Positions 52,765 to 64,000 of a DNA stretch of 64,000 nt are shown in pieces. Positions within the stretch are counted from its first letter, which is position 1, and each line of letters starts with the position of its first letter. Below the pieces are notes generated by a model that worked only from the letters and a program-made list of their open reading frames with translations, ran no database searches and was not told where the DNA came from. The DNA comes from Lama glama (Eukaryota), in the NCBI GenBank assembly GCA_028534125.1, contig CM052832.1:20090001-20154000 (forward strand). Direction: 5' to 3'. The translations under genes were made by a program, and so were the position numbers.

Positions 52765-52940
52765 GCAAAGGTTTTTAACTGGATCCACAACCCTTACAGG
52801 TCATTGGGTCATTGTGTAGGCTTCAGAGATCTGTAGGCCCTGTGTATTACGTGCATGACTTTGTGTGTACGTGTATTTACACTTTTTTTGGAGGATCAGT
52901 TTCACTTGAGGAGTCCCTGATACAAAAAAGTAATTTTTTA
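52765..52940. mobile_element. hAT-Charlie-type MITE remnant
   Basis: 'gcaaaggtttttaactggatcca...ggagtccctgatacaaaaaagtaa'. Confidence 0.55.
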
Positions 52941-52971
52941 AAAAAACCTACTCACTTTAACAAAAAAGTCA

Positions 52972-53105
52972 GGGGTGGGGATATATCTCAAGCGGTAGAG
53001 CGCATGCTTAATATGAACTAGGTCCTGGGTTCAACCCCCAGTGCCTCCTCTAGAAATAAATAAATAATAAATACACCAGCCCCCCACCCCTGCTCCTGCC
53101 CCCAA
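52972..53105 (+). mobile_element. Vic-1-like tRNA-derived SINE
   Basis: 'ggggatatatctcaagcggtagagcgcatgctta...ggtcctgggttcaacccccagtgcctcc', then (AAAT)n and a C-rich tail. Confidence 0.9.
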
Positions 53106-54184
53106 CAAAGACACTAGCAATGAGAAGATCATTTAAGAAGCTATTGTACTCATTTGGGGGTGAGAGATAATGGAACAAAATAAAGTCAATGAAAGTGGTC
53201 ATCTAAGACTGCTCTGAAGAGTATTAACTTAAAATAAGGGGTTAAAATAACCTTTAGCCCATTAACCAGAGCTAACCACTGGGAAAAAAAAGTAATTGAG
53301 AAAAGTATAAATTAGAGGGATATTTCATAGAAGCATAAATCCATGGTGTTTGGTGACCTTTTAGATGTGGAGGATAAAAGAAATGGAGGGTTCTGAAAAG
53401 ACTCTCAAATTCCTGAATGGTTATTGTGTGGTGAGAAAGGAAAGGTTCCCCCCACACACACACACATATACATATATATATGGTGAAATCAGTTCAGGGA
53501 TATTTGATTTGAAAAAGTTAGTGTTCTATCCAGTAGATATACACATGGAAGCAAGATATAAGGATCTGGGACAGATAAGAAGCCACATCTTAGAGACAGT
53601 AGAAACTTTAAGAGTTTAAGAAAAAGAGATCAGAAATGAAACAAAGGAGTCATCACACAGATGTAGAGAAAATACAGTAGAGAGAAAATGTCTCTAAATG
53701 TTCTCAAGTCTGCTTACCCTTCACCCATACGGAGTAGAAGAAAAGAGAAAAAAGGAGGATGGTGGATCTGAGGTCATGCCTTTCAAAAAGCGTAAACCAG
53801 CATGTCAAGAGCAGTGTCCTAATCAGTTGCCTTGTTTTCTGACTAACGGATTGGGCAGCTTCTTCCTCGGGAGAGATCTAGGAAGTAGTAGTGTAAAAAG
53901 GCTGGAATTATCCTTCTCCCTACCTTCCCTTGCTTTCAGTCCCCACCTTTTTGAACATTTTAATCAATAAGTTTATTGTCTATGATTGTGGCTGGTTGCT
54001 TAGGTGTGCAGCTGCCTCCCTTAGAGCTAGTTGTTAAAGAAGCACCTTTCTTTCACTCTCACCTACTGTAGGTCCCTTTCCATCCCAGGTAAAAATGATT
54101 TCTCTATTTTCATAATGTCTGTAAGTTTTTTTTTATGCCTACCCATATTGCATACTAGCTTAAGTCATATTTACTAACAGTCAG

Positions 54185-54420
54185 GAACTTGAGTGGCTCT
54201 GGAACTGTACAGCAAGAATGGGAACCTCAGTGCTACTACTCACTAGCTGTGCCATACTGAACAAATTCTTACCTCTGTTCCTTAGTCTCCTTTGCAGTAA
54301 AATGGGAATACTGATTGCAACAATCACAGAATTACAGTGGAGATTAAAGACACTGTTAAATGTGAAGTTCGTGACTGGTATCTGGCACATAGTAAGCTAT
54401 CAATAAATGTTAGCTCTTAT
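54185..54420 (+). mobile_element. Near full-length MIR SINE
   Basis: 'ctactcactagctgtg...gtaaaatgggaata...tctggcacatagtaagctatcaataaatgttagct'. Confidence 0.9.
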
Positions 54421-54884
54421 CTCAGTCAGTGTTTCTGTGTAACGTACAGTAAAAGATGGCATGCAATAAGCTCTTATTTCTCATGCATCTGTGGACTCTC
54501 TGAAGGAGCACTGTTAGTCTCCGCTGGGGTCCCTCACTTGTCTAGGCAGTGGCTAGTAGCTCCCTGGCCCAGGTGGGTGCCTCCGGGTAGCCCTGCTTCA
54601 AGCTGTAGGCCTCTAAATTGGCAATTTGTTATTCATCTTCCTTTGGAAGGTAGGCAAGCTGTAGTCTGTTCTTCAGAGAGTGATTTGAAGAGGCAAAAGA
54701 GGGCAAGTACAACCAAACAGTAAACCTGTGAAGTCCTTGCTTGTGTTATGACTCTTATATTCCATTAGCCAAAGCAGCGAATATGGCTGAAACCAAAGGC
54801 AAGGAGCAGGGAAATATATCCCTTCATTAAAGTGAAGGGGAGGGTGGGCATGGATAATTTTGAATAGTTATTTAACCTACCCCA
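54421..54884 (-). mobile_element. MaLR (MLT1-type) LTR
   Basis: 'ttccattagccaaagcag...atggctgaaaccaaaggcaaggagcagggaaatat', ends 'aacctacccca'. Confidence 0.75.
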
Positions 54885-57166
54885 GCTGTAAGTACCACAT
54901 ATATCTTTAAAGTGAAATTTTTTTCTCTTTGTGCCTTATAAAAAGAACTTTCAAACCATCAAAGCATGGTTGAATCTTGCCCATAGTATAATAAGATTTG
55001 GAATTTTGAAGCTGGAAGAGATAAACAGTTTTATTAATCACATTTATTTGTTGATAATGTGATTGATTGAGCTATTTGTCATAGACAAAAGAATGTGCTT
55101 CCTCATTATCACTAGACGAACAGTCATGATTCATTTATTATCATTGTTAGTTGCTACCAAATATTAAACTAATTTGCATTTTGGGGAGAGAAAGAGATTT
55201 ATATGAAGTGAAAATAGTATTTTTCCCTTAGATAAAACTTGACATTCATTTAAGTTCTATTTGAAATAAAAAAATACCTTTCACGTATTGATGTTACTTT
55301 TCAGGTCATAAAAGAAATGTGAGATGGTATTAGAGCTGCAAGAATCAAACTGTCTAACTTTAAACTCTACTTTGCATACTTTAAAAATAATTAGAGTATA
55401 ATAAGAGAAGGGAACTCAGTAACCTTTAAAAGTGGTGAGAGATAAAATAAATGATCTTGTGAAGGAAAGGGGAGTATTTTCCTTCATTAAGCCAATCCTG
55501 GCTTCCAGAGGATTGAGTCTATCTGCACTCAGAATAGCTGATACTATTATAGTTTTTATGCTAAGAGAATTAGTTCATCTCCTTCTGATTTTAGGCAAAA
55601 ATTTCAGTTGCAGTCATTATAATGAATTAAATAATGTGTCATGATACACTATTTTAGACATCCTACTAATAAGGAAACACTTGTCCACCTTCAGCCGATA
55701 TATAACTGAAACCCATTCAGTAGTCCACCAGACAGGATTTTGTAAAAGTAATCTCACCTGAACGTGTATCAGTACACATTCATAGGATGCATGTGAAATG
55801 TCAAAGGATAATGCCGGGTAAAATCCTTCAAATAAAGATGGTCATATTCCTATAGCAGTTCTCTAGTCCATCACTCCTTCCTTTTTGTCTGCAGTAGATC
55901 CAAAATGTGGTTTCTAATACCTATGATAAGGTAATTCAGTTCTACGTAAGTCGTAATTTAGCATTATTTAGAATTGATTTTATATGCTTTTATTTACATT
56001 AAGTTTATAATCAATTTCAAAAAAATAGTTTAATATAAATCAAGTTTTTGTTTTGCTTTGGTCTTTCTGTTTTAGAAATTTTGAGTGAAGAGTGAATATG
56101 TTTTTGACAGTGAGATATCAAAACATATATTGGGACATCACCCCAAAACAAATGGCAGCCTTCTAAATGTTAGAGATGTGTATATATTTATAAGACCTGT
56201 TGGATTTTAATGGTATCTATAGATTCAAATCATGGAAATAGCCACCATACATAGAGATGAGAGGTTACAATTCATAAAATTAGAGTAATTCCCTGGCTGA
56301 CTTTTTCTGACTTTTGCCTTTTATTTTGTAAAACATTTTGTTGCAAATCACCTCTTCTTTTTGTTTCCTATAACTGAATCATGATTATTATTGGTGCCAG
56401 CGGGATTGAAAGGATGTGATACGTACACCTAGTGAAAGGCATTTCTGATGTTCAGTTTACATCCATTGATAGGGCTCCTTTCTAATTAGAAGTATTCAGT
56501 TGATTTTTTAAATCAATCCTTCTGGACTATATTGACATGAATAGTTTTTGTGTTGGAAATTGGGGCAGTTTTTCTGTATACATACGTCTTTAAAGTCTGT
56601 TGCTCTTGCGGTGGGCCAAATCCCCTCAGGATTCTGAAGATTTCAGTCCCTGAGCTCCTGGAACCCAACTCTGCATGCTTTACCTGAAGAAGAAAACCCA
56701 AGCAGATTCCCGTTCAGTCTGCTTTGTACATGTGATAAAAGAGCACTGAACAAAATAACTTTTAGCGGGTAGGTTGGTGAGTCAAGAGAGAATGCAGCTG
56801 ACAAAGGGGAAGAAAGAAACAAAGTGGAGATGCTAAAATAATTATATATCTGTCAGTTCCTTTTTTTTCCCCTGTTAAACACTCACCTATTTTTTTCCCC
56901 TGTGAAAAGTTCATTTAAAGCTGTCTCCCTCCTGCTATATGAAAAAACTCACAATGCATTCAATAGTATAATACAAATCCAGAATGTTTTCAAATTTCCC
57001 TCTTTTGTGGGTTTTGAGATTGACAGCTCTATAATTAGGGATAACAAAGAAGAAGGGAATTAATAAGATTCAAATACAGGGCCGCAGTCAGAAATCTGGA
57101 ATGGGAAATAAGGAGAAAAAGGAAATCAAGGGGTGTAAATCATATAATCTTGTTGCAGACTGGAAA

Positions 57167-57246
57167 GCTAGATGTTCAGATTTTATACAACTACTTATTT
57201 GTTTAGATTGAATACAACTAGTTAGATGTTCAGATTTTATACAAAA
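57167..57246. repeat. Three-unit 27-bp tandem repeat
   Basis: gctagatgttcagattttatacaacta / cttatttgtttagattgaatacaacta / gttagatgttcagattttatacaaaa. Confidence 0.85.
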
Positions 57247-58082
57247 GCTAGTAGGTCATAGGAACCTTAAAACTGATCCTCAGACTCCAGTTTATATTTA
57301 TTGATCTGAAATACAACTTTGGTGAAATGTTCCACCAAATGCTTGGTACATTAAAATGTCTCCATTGCTAAACCTTTGCCTGGACCCCAACTAAGTTAAA
57401 GTATAACTCTCATCATCAGAACAAAAGACTTAGAGACTGTAACTGCTGTATATTGGAAGGGAAATAGTCACAATTTTTTAAAGCAAAAATCACGGGCTTT
57501 CATCCTAGGGAGCTCTTCACATTCGTCAGGACATGCTTTTTCACTCTACTTGTTGTTTGTTTGATTAATTTAACTGTTTGATGTTCTACAGGATATAAGT
57601 CCAATAGGATATGTTCATGTCTTTTGACTTTTTTTTCCAGTATCTGCTGTCCTTCTATTGTATTGTATTGATTTCTACTTGCTTCATTTATTTATTTACA
57701 TCTTCTCTTAGACATCTCTGATTTAGAATAAAAGATTTCCATGTTTGCAAGTAAACCAATGGTGATAATAGCACTAAAAATTATTTAGATGTTTATTTAG
57801 TCATTCATTACATGTTAATACAAATTTACATTAAGGGAGCCTGTGCAAAACTAAAATGAGTGGTTATGGTGAAACTTGGGTTTTGGTTATCAACTCTGAC
57901 ACTTTTTTATACATTCTTACCAATTCATTTCAAATATTTGTTGATAATTAAAATCTCTGTCATTAAGATACACACAATTTGGTGGAGGAAATTAGCAACC
58001 AAGAATCTAGTAATGTGCTACAAGCTCCAAGAACTCTGACAGATGTGTACATACATAATGGGCTGTGGAGGTACAGATATAA

Positions 58083-58132
58083 AAAAACCATTACTAATTC
58101 TCTCTGTAAAAACCATTACTAATTCTATCTGG
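58083..58132. repeat. 25-bp tandem duplication within L2-like sequence
   Basis: aaaaaccattactaattctctctgt / aaaaaccattactaattctatctgg. Confidence 0.9.
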
Positions 58133-61100
58133 AATGATTAGGGAAAATATCAAAAAGGGAAGACCTTTAGCTCAGGATTCTGTAAGACAGAAATTCCTTA
58201 GATGATTAAAATTAAAAAGGGTACTGCCTTCATGCAGAGGAGTCAGACTGGCCAAAGGCAGGACTGACAAGGAAGTACAAGGTAAGAGGCTAGAGGGGCT
58301 GCTACTTTGGGTCTAGATAACGATGTGGTTACAGAGGAAGACATCCCCGAGGATACAGAGGTATCAATGAAGATGACACTGGGAAAGCCTTGCCTAATGG
58401 GAAAGGCTTCAGCACAGAGACCGGTGGTTTTCAAACTTCAGTGTCATAAATTCACAAAGATAAATTGTGTGCTTAAAGCTATATGTAGCTTCATGATTTA
58501 GGAAAGATATTTTATTTATTGTGTTTTGCATTATTTTTTTAAATCCGTGTTTACTCTGTATTTGCAGCTTTCATACTAAGCTACCCCCTCAAATTTTGGG
58601 GAAGTAATAAACACTGAAAAATTCATGAATAATCAAATGTATGGGTCACTTCTAAGAAGCATCAGTAGCACTTCTGCTATTTTCTCTGGCCTCAAAAAAT
58701 TATGAGAGAAAAGTATTTACATGTTTTCTTTCCAGTAGCTATCCAGGAGCTCTGGCTAATGAGTAGATCAATTAAGTTGCATTGACAGTGGGTAAATTAA
58801 AATAAGAGTTAGGATTGGGTTATTGACTTGTTATGGATCTGTGACCTAGTCTTCATTAAAGAATAATAAATTAAGAATCTAAATGTTCACTCACATAGAT
58901 CATTCAAATGAACCCAGTTTCCTGTTCAACTCACAACACAAAACCATGAGAGGTCAAAATCTTCACCACTAGTCTTTTAGTTACTGTAACTCAAGCTAAA
59001 TGTATTTATTGCTAATAGCGTGTCTTTTTTAAAGTAGGATTTTTTTCTGCCTCAATTACTTCTACTTTTTTTATTGAATTCTTTCTCCTTATCAATTTCT
59101 CATTTGCAGGCTGCAACATTCTAAATCTTATTTATTTTTCAAACTCTCCTGTACTTTGTTTTTCTTTTCTTCTTCTTTTAATCCTGGATAGTTCTTTCTG
59201 CCCCTTTTATCCCCTTCTTTTTTTAAAATTTGGTCTTCTGAGAATTTTTAACTAATTTTTTTAGTCTATGCCTGAACAGTTCTTTTCTTTGTAGTACATT
59301 AAAAAAAAATCATTTACCTCTTTTACCTCTTGCTGCTTTATATCATCTTCAACATTCAAACCAGCTTTTATTTTTATTCGAGGGTTTTAAAATATTTTTA
59401 TGTTTATTGCTTACCATTCTTTAGTCTCTCATTTTCTCTGTCATTTAGTAACACATTGACTGAAATGATTTATTTTATGATCTTGACTCTAAATGTGAAT
59501 ATTTAGAAAATGTATAGGCTGAGTTTACAGTTAACTGTATTACCACACCTTCAAAGTCAGGGGCCTCTAGGCATTAGCTATGTGGTCGTTGCTTTCGCTC
59601 CCTCAGCAGCAGGTCATGAGTTTATATAAAAGCTCCTTTGAGAGACACAATCAATACTAATCCCAATAAATAAGATGTAAATTACTAGAATTTAATAGAA
59701 ACCAGTTGTGATTTTAATGGCTCAGGGATATTTGCTTGCTACTTGATAAGGCTACATAATGGAAAATAATGTAGCTAAGACCTTTTTTTTAAATTCCCTT
59801 AGCTGAGTACACAAAGTTACCTTGAACCAGTCCATCTCAGAAATCAAATTTCTGTAAATACGGGTGGAAGGCCAACGCTGCAATTCAGGCTATAAATTTG
59901 CACACAGAAATGAGGATCTTCTAAGGTTCTATCAATCAGTCAGTCAATTAAATGAAGGTGAACTTTCCAGAATTTTTTTGAAATTAAAGAGAATTCATTA
60001 AACAAGCGGGAATTTAACATCCTAAAAGCTAAAGTTTATAAGCAGAATATTGCTACCTACAGCAGTAAAGTAATTTATAGAGTAAAATCCTACTGCATCC
60101 CAGTGAATAATATATTTTACCTAAAAACATTGTCCATATTTCTGATACCCCAACTCCTAAAACATTTGGTAAATTTTTATTTTAAAGATTGAATTAATCT
60201 TCACCATATCCTAAGAAGAGGAGATAGAGAGTGTCATCATTTCCATTTTAAAGTCTGAGAAAAAGTAGAGTTAATGATTATTCAAATTATTTTGAGTGTA
60301 TATAGATTTTCCTTACATTAATTCAAGAGTGTCAGCAAGCCCATTTTCATCATTGGATCTCAGAAATTTCACTTTCTTACAGATATAAAGCTGCTTGAGC
60401 AAAATGCTTTGCAAATCATAAAGCTCTACTTGATTTCTCTCTTTGCAGAGCTGTTAAAAGTAATAATCTATTCCAATAAATTTTAAAGATAAGGCCAGAA
60501 AATACAACTAAATAAAAATACACTTGTAAAAGTGATATACCTGGTAATCACAAGAGTAATTCCCCTGTTGCTGAAATATCATTGCTAGCCCTTAATTCAG
60601 TTATATTTATTACTATAGGATTCATAAAACTCCTTCAAGTTTTTATGGATCTTTTAACACACCAATCCTTTGAATAGTAATGGGAATGGTTAATTTTTTT
60701 AATGGGTTACGTTTTTTGTTGTTGTTGTTTTTGAGATCAGATTTTATAATGTGCTATAATGCACCCATATTTAGGGTCTAACACGAGACATGTAATGCCT
60801 GTCATTGTCTTCCATCTGCGTTATGATCTTTCTCCCTTGGGATGTTTTACTTACCAATACAGGGTTTGCAGACATAGCCCAAGGAGATTGTCTAGTTCTT
60901 TCTTTTACTTTCCCCTTGCTTCCTAAGTTGCTGCTGCTGTACAATCAATGGTGATTTTTCATATATATCATAGAATATGTTTAAATTTCCTAAGAGTTGA
61001 AAAACTTTGGACTTAGAACACTACAAAACAGCAAACAACAAGCTACCCATTTGCTGTTTCATCAAAAGATCAAAAGTTGAACATGTTTTAGTAAAGTACA

Positions 61101-61638
61101 AAAAGTAAATCAATAATTTTCTAGTAAACATAGAGACCTAACACAAAAATTAGTTAACCAATGAGATGATCTAACAAGAAACAATAAAACTAAGGAACCC
61201 ATTTTCAGACAAAGCTAAAGTTCCAACGTGACTACATTTCTGGGCTTCTATTTTATCCACTGCTCATTCATGTAGCTGATTCTGAAATCATAAGTTCAAG
61301 TACTCAGATCCACAGAACAGCTTCCAAGGAGTTACACAGGCTCAAATTACTCACACTCATACATATACCTTTTTTTTCCCCCATATTTTCTTTTAGAAAA
61401 ATTACACTGTCCTGAGTTTGTAACACATCTCTGCCCGTGGTTACAATCTCTACATCAGGCTTTTTCTGTTACTTTCTCCCCTTTCCTTCTGTGTGAATGA
61501 TTCACTATGACAGAAGAATCAGACTATTAAAATACAGGTTATATACAGTTAAGTAATAAATACAGTCTTTACATCTTCTATTACTATTCAAGTTTATCCA
61601 CAAATTGATAAACTGGTAAGTTTTCATTGTGTGCTGTG

Positions 61639-61990
61639 TGAAGGGTGGCAGGATGTAGCATCCCCAAATATGCTACTTTGGCATAAGGATTATTTTGAGC
61701 CAAAGTCACTTGAAAAATGGCAAATACAAGAAGAGTGTTCTGACCTCCCCCTTTGTCTTCCTGAAAGCAGGAGATAAAACCCACATGTGAAAGGTATCCT
61801 CCCTGTACCAGGAGGAAAGAGATATTCTTAATACCAGAGGTGGGAGTTGAGGCCGAGAGAAATCTGTACAAACAGACCTTGTTAAAGTAACTTTATCTTC
61901 CATTGGTTTCCCCATATCTTTTAGTTATTTTTCCACAGCAGTCTTTCCTTGTTCAACTTAATATCAAAGCGTTTAGGTTTGGCACTTCCC
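61639..61990 (+). mobile_element. MER34-like ERV1 LTR, 3'-truncated
   Basis: 'ccccaaatatgctactttggcataaggattattttgagc', 'aatctgtacaaacagaccttgttaaa'. Confidence 0.85.
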
Positions 61991-62710
61991 AATTCAGTGA
62001 TTTCTGTTTGGTACTTTTAATAATTTCTCTTTGTTGAAACGCTAGCTTTGTTCACACGTTGTTCTCCTGACCTTGGTGAGCATTTTTGTAATCATTGCTT
62101 TGAATCACGTATCTCCTTTTCATTAAGATCTATTTCTGGACTTTTAACTTGCTCTTTTGTTTGTAACATCTACTACTGTGTCTTCATTTTCCTTTACTCT
62201 CTGTGTGGGTTTCTGCACATGAAATAAAACAGCCATACCTGACAGTCTTGACAGCACTCTCAAGTCTCATATAGAAGATAAACCCTAACACTGAGCCCAT
62301 CCCAACCTCTTGGTCATCTCTCAAAGCTTTGATTATCTAAGCCTCCTTCTTTGTTCTTGGTGTCTCCAAGTATATGAGGGTGTGCCGTGACCTTTCAGTG
62401 ACCCAGAGAGGAGATCTCAGCACCTTGATGCAGACTGATTAGAAGTTGGACATGCAGGCAGCATTTTTAAAGTACGCAAAGTGAACCTCTTTCAGGGACA
62501 GACTTGGAGATAGCTGCTTCTGTCTGCTCTCTGCCCTGAACCATGTTTTGATGTGGATTATTTTTTCCCTCATTCATCTTATCTGGAGTCACTCAGCCAG
62601 TTTCTGAATTTCTTTCAGAGGAAATTGATCTGTATGTAGCTATATATTCAGTTGGTCTGTGGGAGGATGTAAGTCCAGGATTCTCCTATGTCCCTATCTT
62701 GAACCAGAAT
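61991..62710 (-). mobile_element. Old L1 5' end and ORF1 start
   Basis: 'gatttctgtttggtactttt', 'tttctttcagaggaaattg', 5' terminus-like 'ctcctatgtccctatcttgaaccagaa'. Confidence 0.7.
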
Positions 62711-62736
62711 TTAGATGATTCAACTTAAAATAGGGA

Positions 62737-62924
62737 AACAAATATATATATATATATGTATGTATAACTGAATCACTCTGCTGTACACCTGAAACTTTGT
62801 AAATCAACTATACTTTAATTTAAAAAAAGTCATCTAACCTGTAAAAAAAAAAAAGAATATAAATAGATAAATACATAAACCAGTCCTCAAAATAAATAAA
62901 TGTCAGTGGCCCCGAACAGGGGAA
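62737..62924 (+). mobile_element. Very short L1 3' end plus extra 3' sequence, inserted in an MLT1 fragment
   Basis: 'tataactgaatcactctgctgtacacctgaaac...tgtaaatcaactatact'; exact 10-bp TSD aaaataggga at 62727-62736 and 62925-62934, with ctt|aaaa endonuclease context. Confidence 0.85.
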
Positions 62925-63221
62925 AAAATAGGGAGATTATTTTTGATTATCTAGATGGGCCCAGCGTAATCATAAGGATTTGTGTGGGTGGGGTGATGGA
63001 CGAGTCAAGCTGCTAGGGGGCTATAGGTAGCCCCTGACTGCTGAGGGTGATTCTCAGAAAGTGCAGCTGAGAGTGTTAGTAGCCAACACTCAAAACAGCT
63101 GAGAAGGGTGTACCCCCACAATGGTGGGGCTGTCTAGGACAGTCCAGAATCCCCAGGGTCGTTTAAGAGGGGGCAGGCTAGAAATGTTAGGCTGGGGATG
63201 AACCTTCTGTCCACTGATGGA

Positions 63222-63483
63222 ACAAGTTTTGGAACTAATGTACAGAAGTGTGACTATAGTTAATAATACTGTACTGTATACTTGAAATTTGCTGAGAGTA
63301 GATATTCAGTGTTCTCATCACCAAAAAAGAAATGGTAACTATTTTTAGTTTTTAAAATTTGTTTTAACTAACTTGATTGTGGTAATCATCTTACAATGTG
63401 TACATGTATCAAATCATCGCACTGTATACTTTAAATGCATACAATTTTATTTGTTAATTATGCCCCAGTAAAGCTGGGGAAAA
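63222..63483 (+). mobile_element. L1 3' end (L1MA/MB-type)
   Basis: 'gtgactatagttaataatactgtactgtatacttgaaatttgct...ttatgccccagtaaagctggggaaaa'. Confidence 0.88.
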
Positions 63484-63879
63484 TACAAATAAATTAACTG
63501 AGCAATGCCATTGTTGATAAGAAAGAAATAAACCTTATATTTTAGTAAAGGTGTATAGCTTTATTTCTACACTAGGGAGATGACTCCTATTTTTTGTCTT
63601 TTGTGTGGAATGCAAACAATATTAATGTGGAAAAAAATAACCAACCAAACAAAAAACAATCATTTGAAAATTGTTCTCATAAAAATAGAATCTTTCTTCA
63701 AGTGCAAGCAAATTTTGGGTTTTATATTGATTTCAAACTGAAACACAATACAAGAAATATTAGTTGATATTGTGCCTTCTAAACATCAGTTTCTCTATTT
63801 TTAAACAAAGTTTAAGACTGAGAAGCTGTCTATTTTAACATGGGACAGTGAGAGAGAGGATGTATATTATCTACCATAC

Positions 63880-64000
63880 AGTCCTGGTAATAGAGTTTTA
63901 ATACCCAGGTTCTTAGCTTAACCATGTGGCCTTGACATGTTGCTGTGCTGGGCATTTATCTCAGCTTTCTCTCTAGATAACTAAAGTTAATGGCAAAATC
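63880..64000 (+). mobile_element. MIR SINE, running off the window end
   Basis: 'cccaggttcttagc...atgtggccttgacatgtt...ctcagctttctc'. Confidence 0.55.

Larger units (their letters stand above)
52270..53900 (-). mobile_element. Long decayed L2, interrupted by a MITE and a SINE
   Basis: 'ggacactgttctagat', 'gacatgattagatctgcatttt', 'aagaagctattg...tgagagataatgg', 'aagactctcaaattcctga'. Confidence 0.65.

Noticed and set aside
52972..53050. tRNA-like sequence (also at 1365 and 6067)
   Set aside because: SINE heads with A-rich tails, TSDs on two copies and mismatched stems; not tRNA genes
54337..54723. 128-aa plus-strand ORF
   Set aside because: Spans a MIR/MLT1 junction with no protein-family signal
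57167..57246. CRISPR-like repeat-spacer-repeat pattern
   Set aside because: The apparent spacer is a degenerate copy of the repeat, the context is mammalian and there are no cas genes
58307..58501. Acidic-looking peptide (DNDVVTEEDIPEDTEV)
   Set aside because: Lies in purine-rich L2-like sequence, non-ATG start, no convincing splice sites

Overview
AT-rich mammalian genomic DNA, probably from a camelid: it carries three tRNA-headed SINEs resembling Vic-1, artiodactyl-type L1 tails and a MER41-like LTR, and I saw no Alu, BovB or PRE1. I can support no protein-coding gene, intact RNA gene, CRISPR array or prokaryotic feature. The window reads as intergenic or deep-intronic sequence tiled by decayed L1, L2, MIR, MaLR/ERV LTRs and DNA-transposon MITEs, with two assembly gaps and several repeat-free, motif-dense blocks that look like conserved enhancers. 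Repeat family names come from my recall of consensus sequences, not a database search, and most boundaries are approximate. I found no convincing novel biological system. The best leads are a 53-aa hydrophobic micro-ORF with splice signals (~10 kb), a CpG-retaining LTR promoter-like cluster (~35.3-35.8 kb), an L1 insertion with an apparent 3' transduction carrying a tRNA-Lys PBS-like motif (~62.8 kb), and short diverged local duplications that interrupt older repeats.
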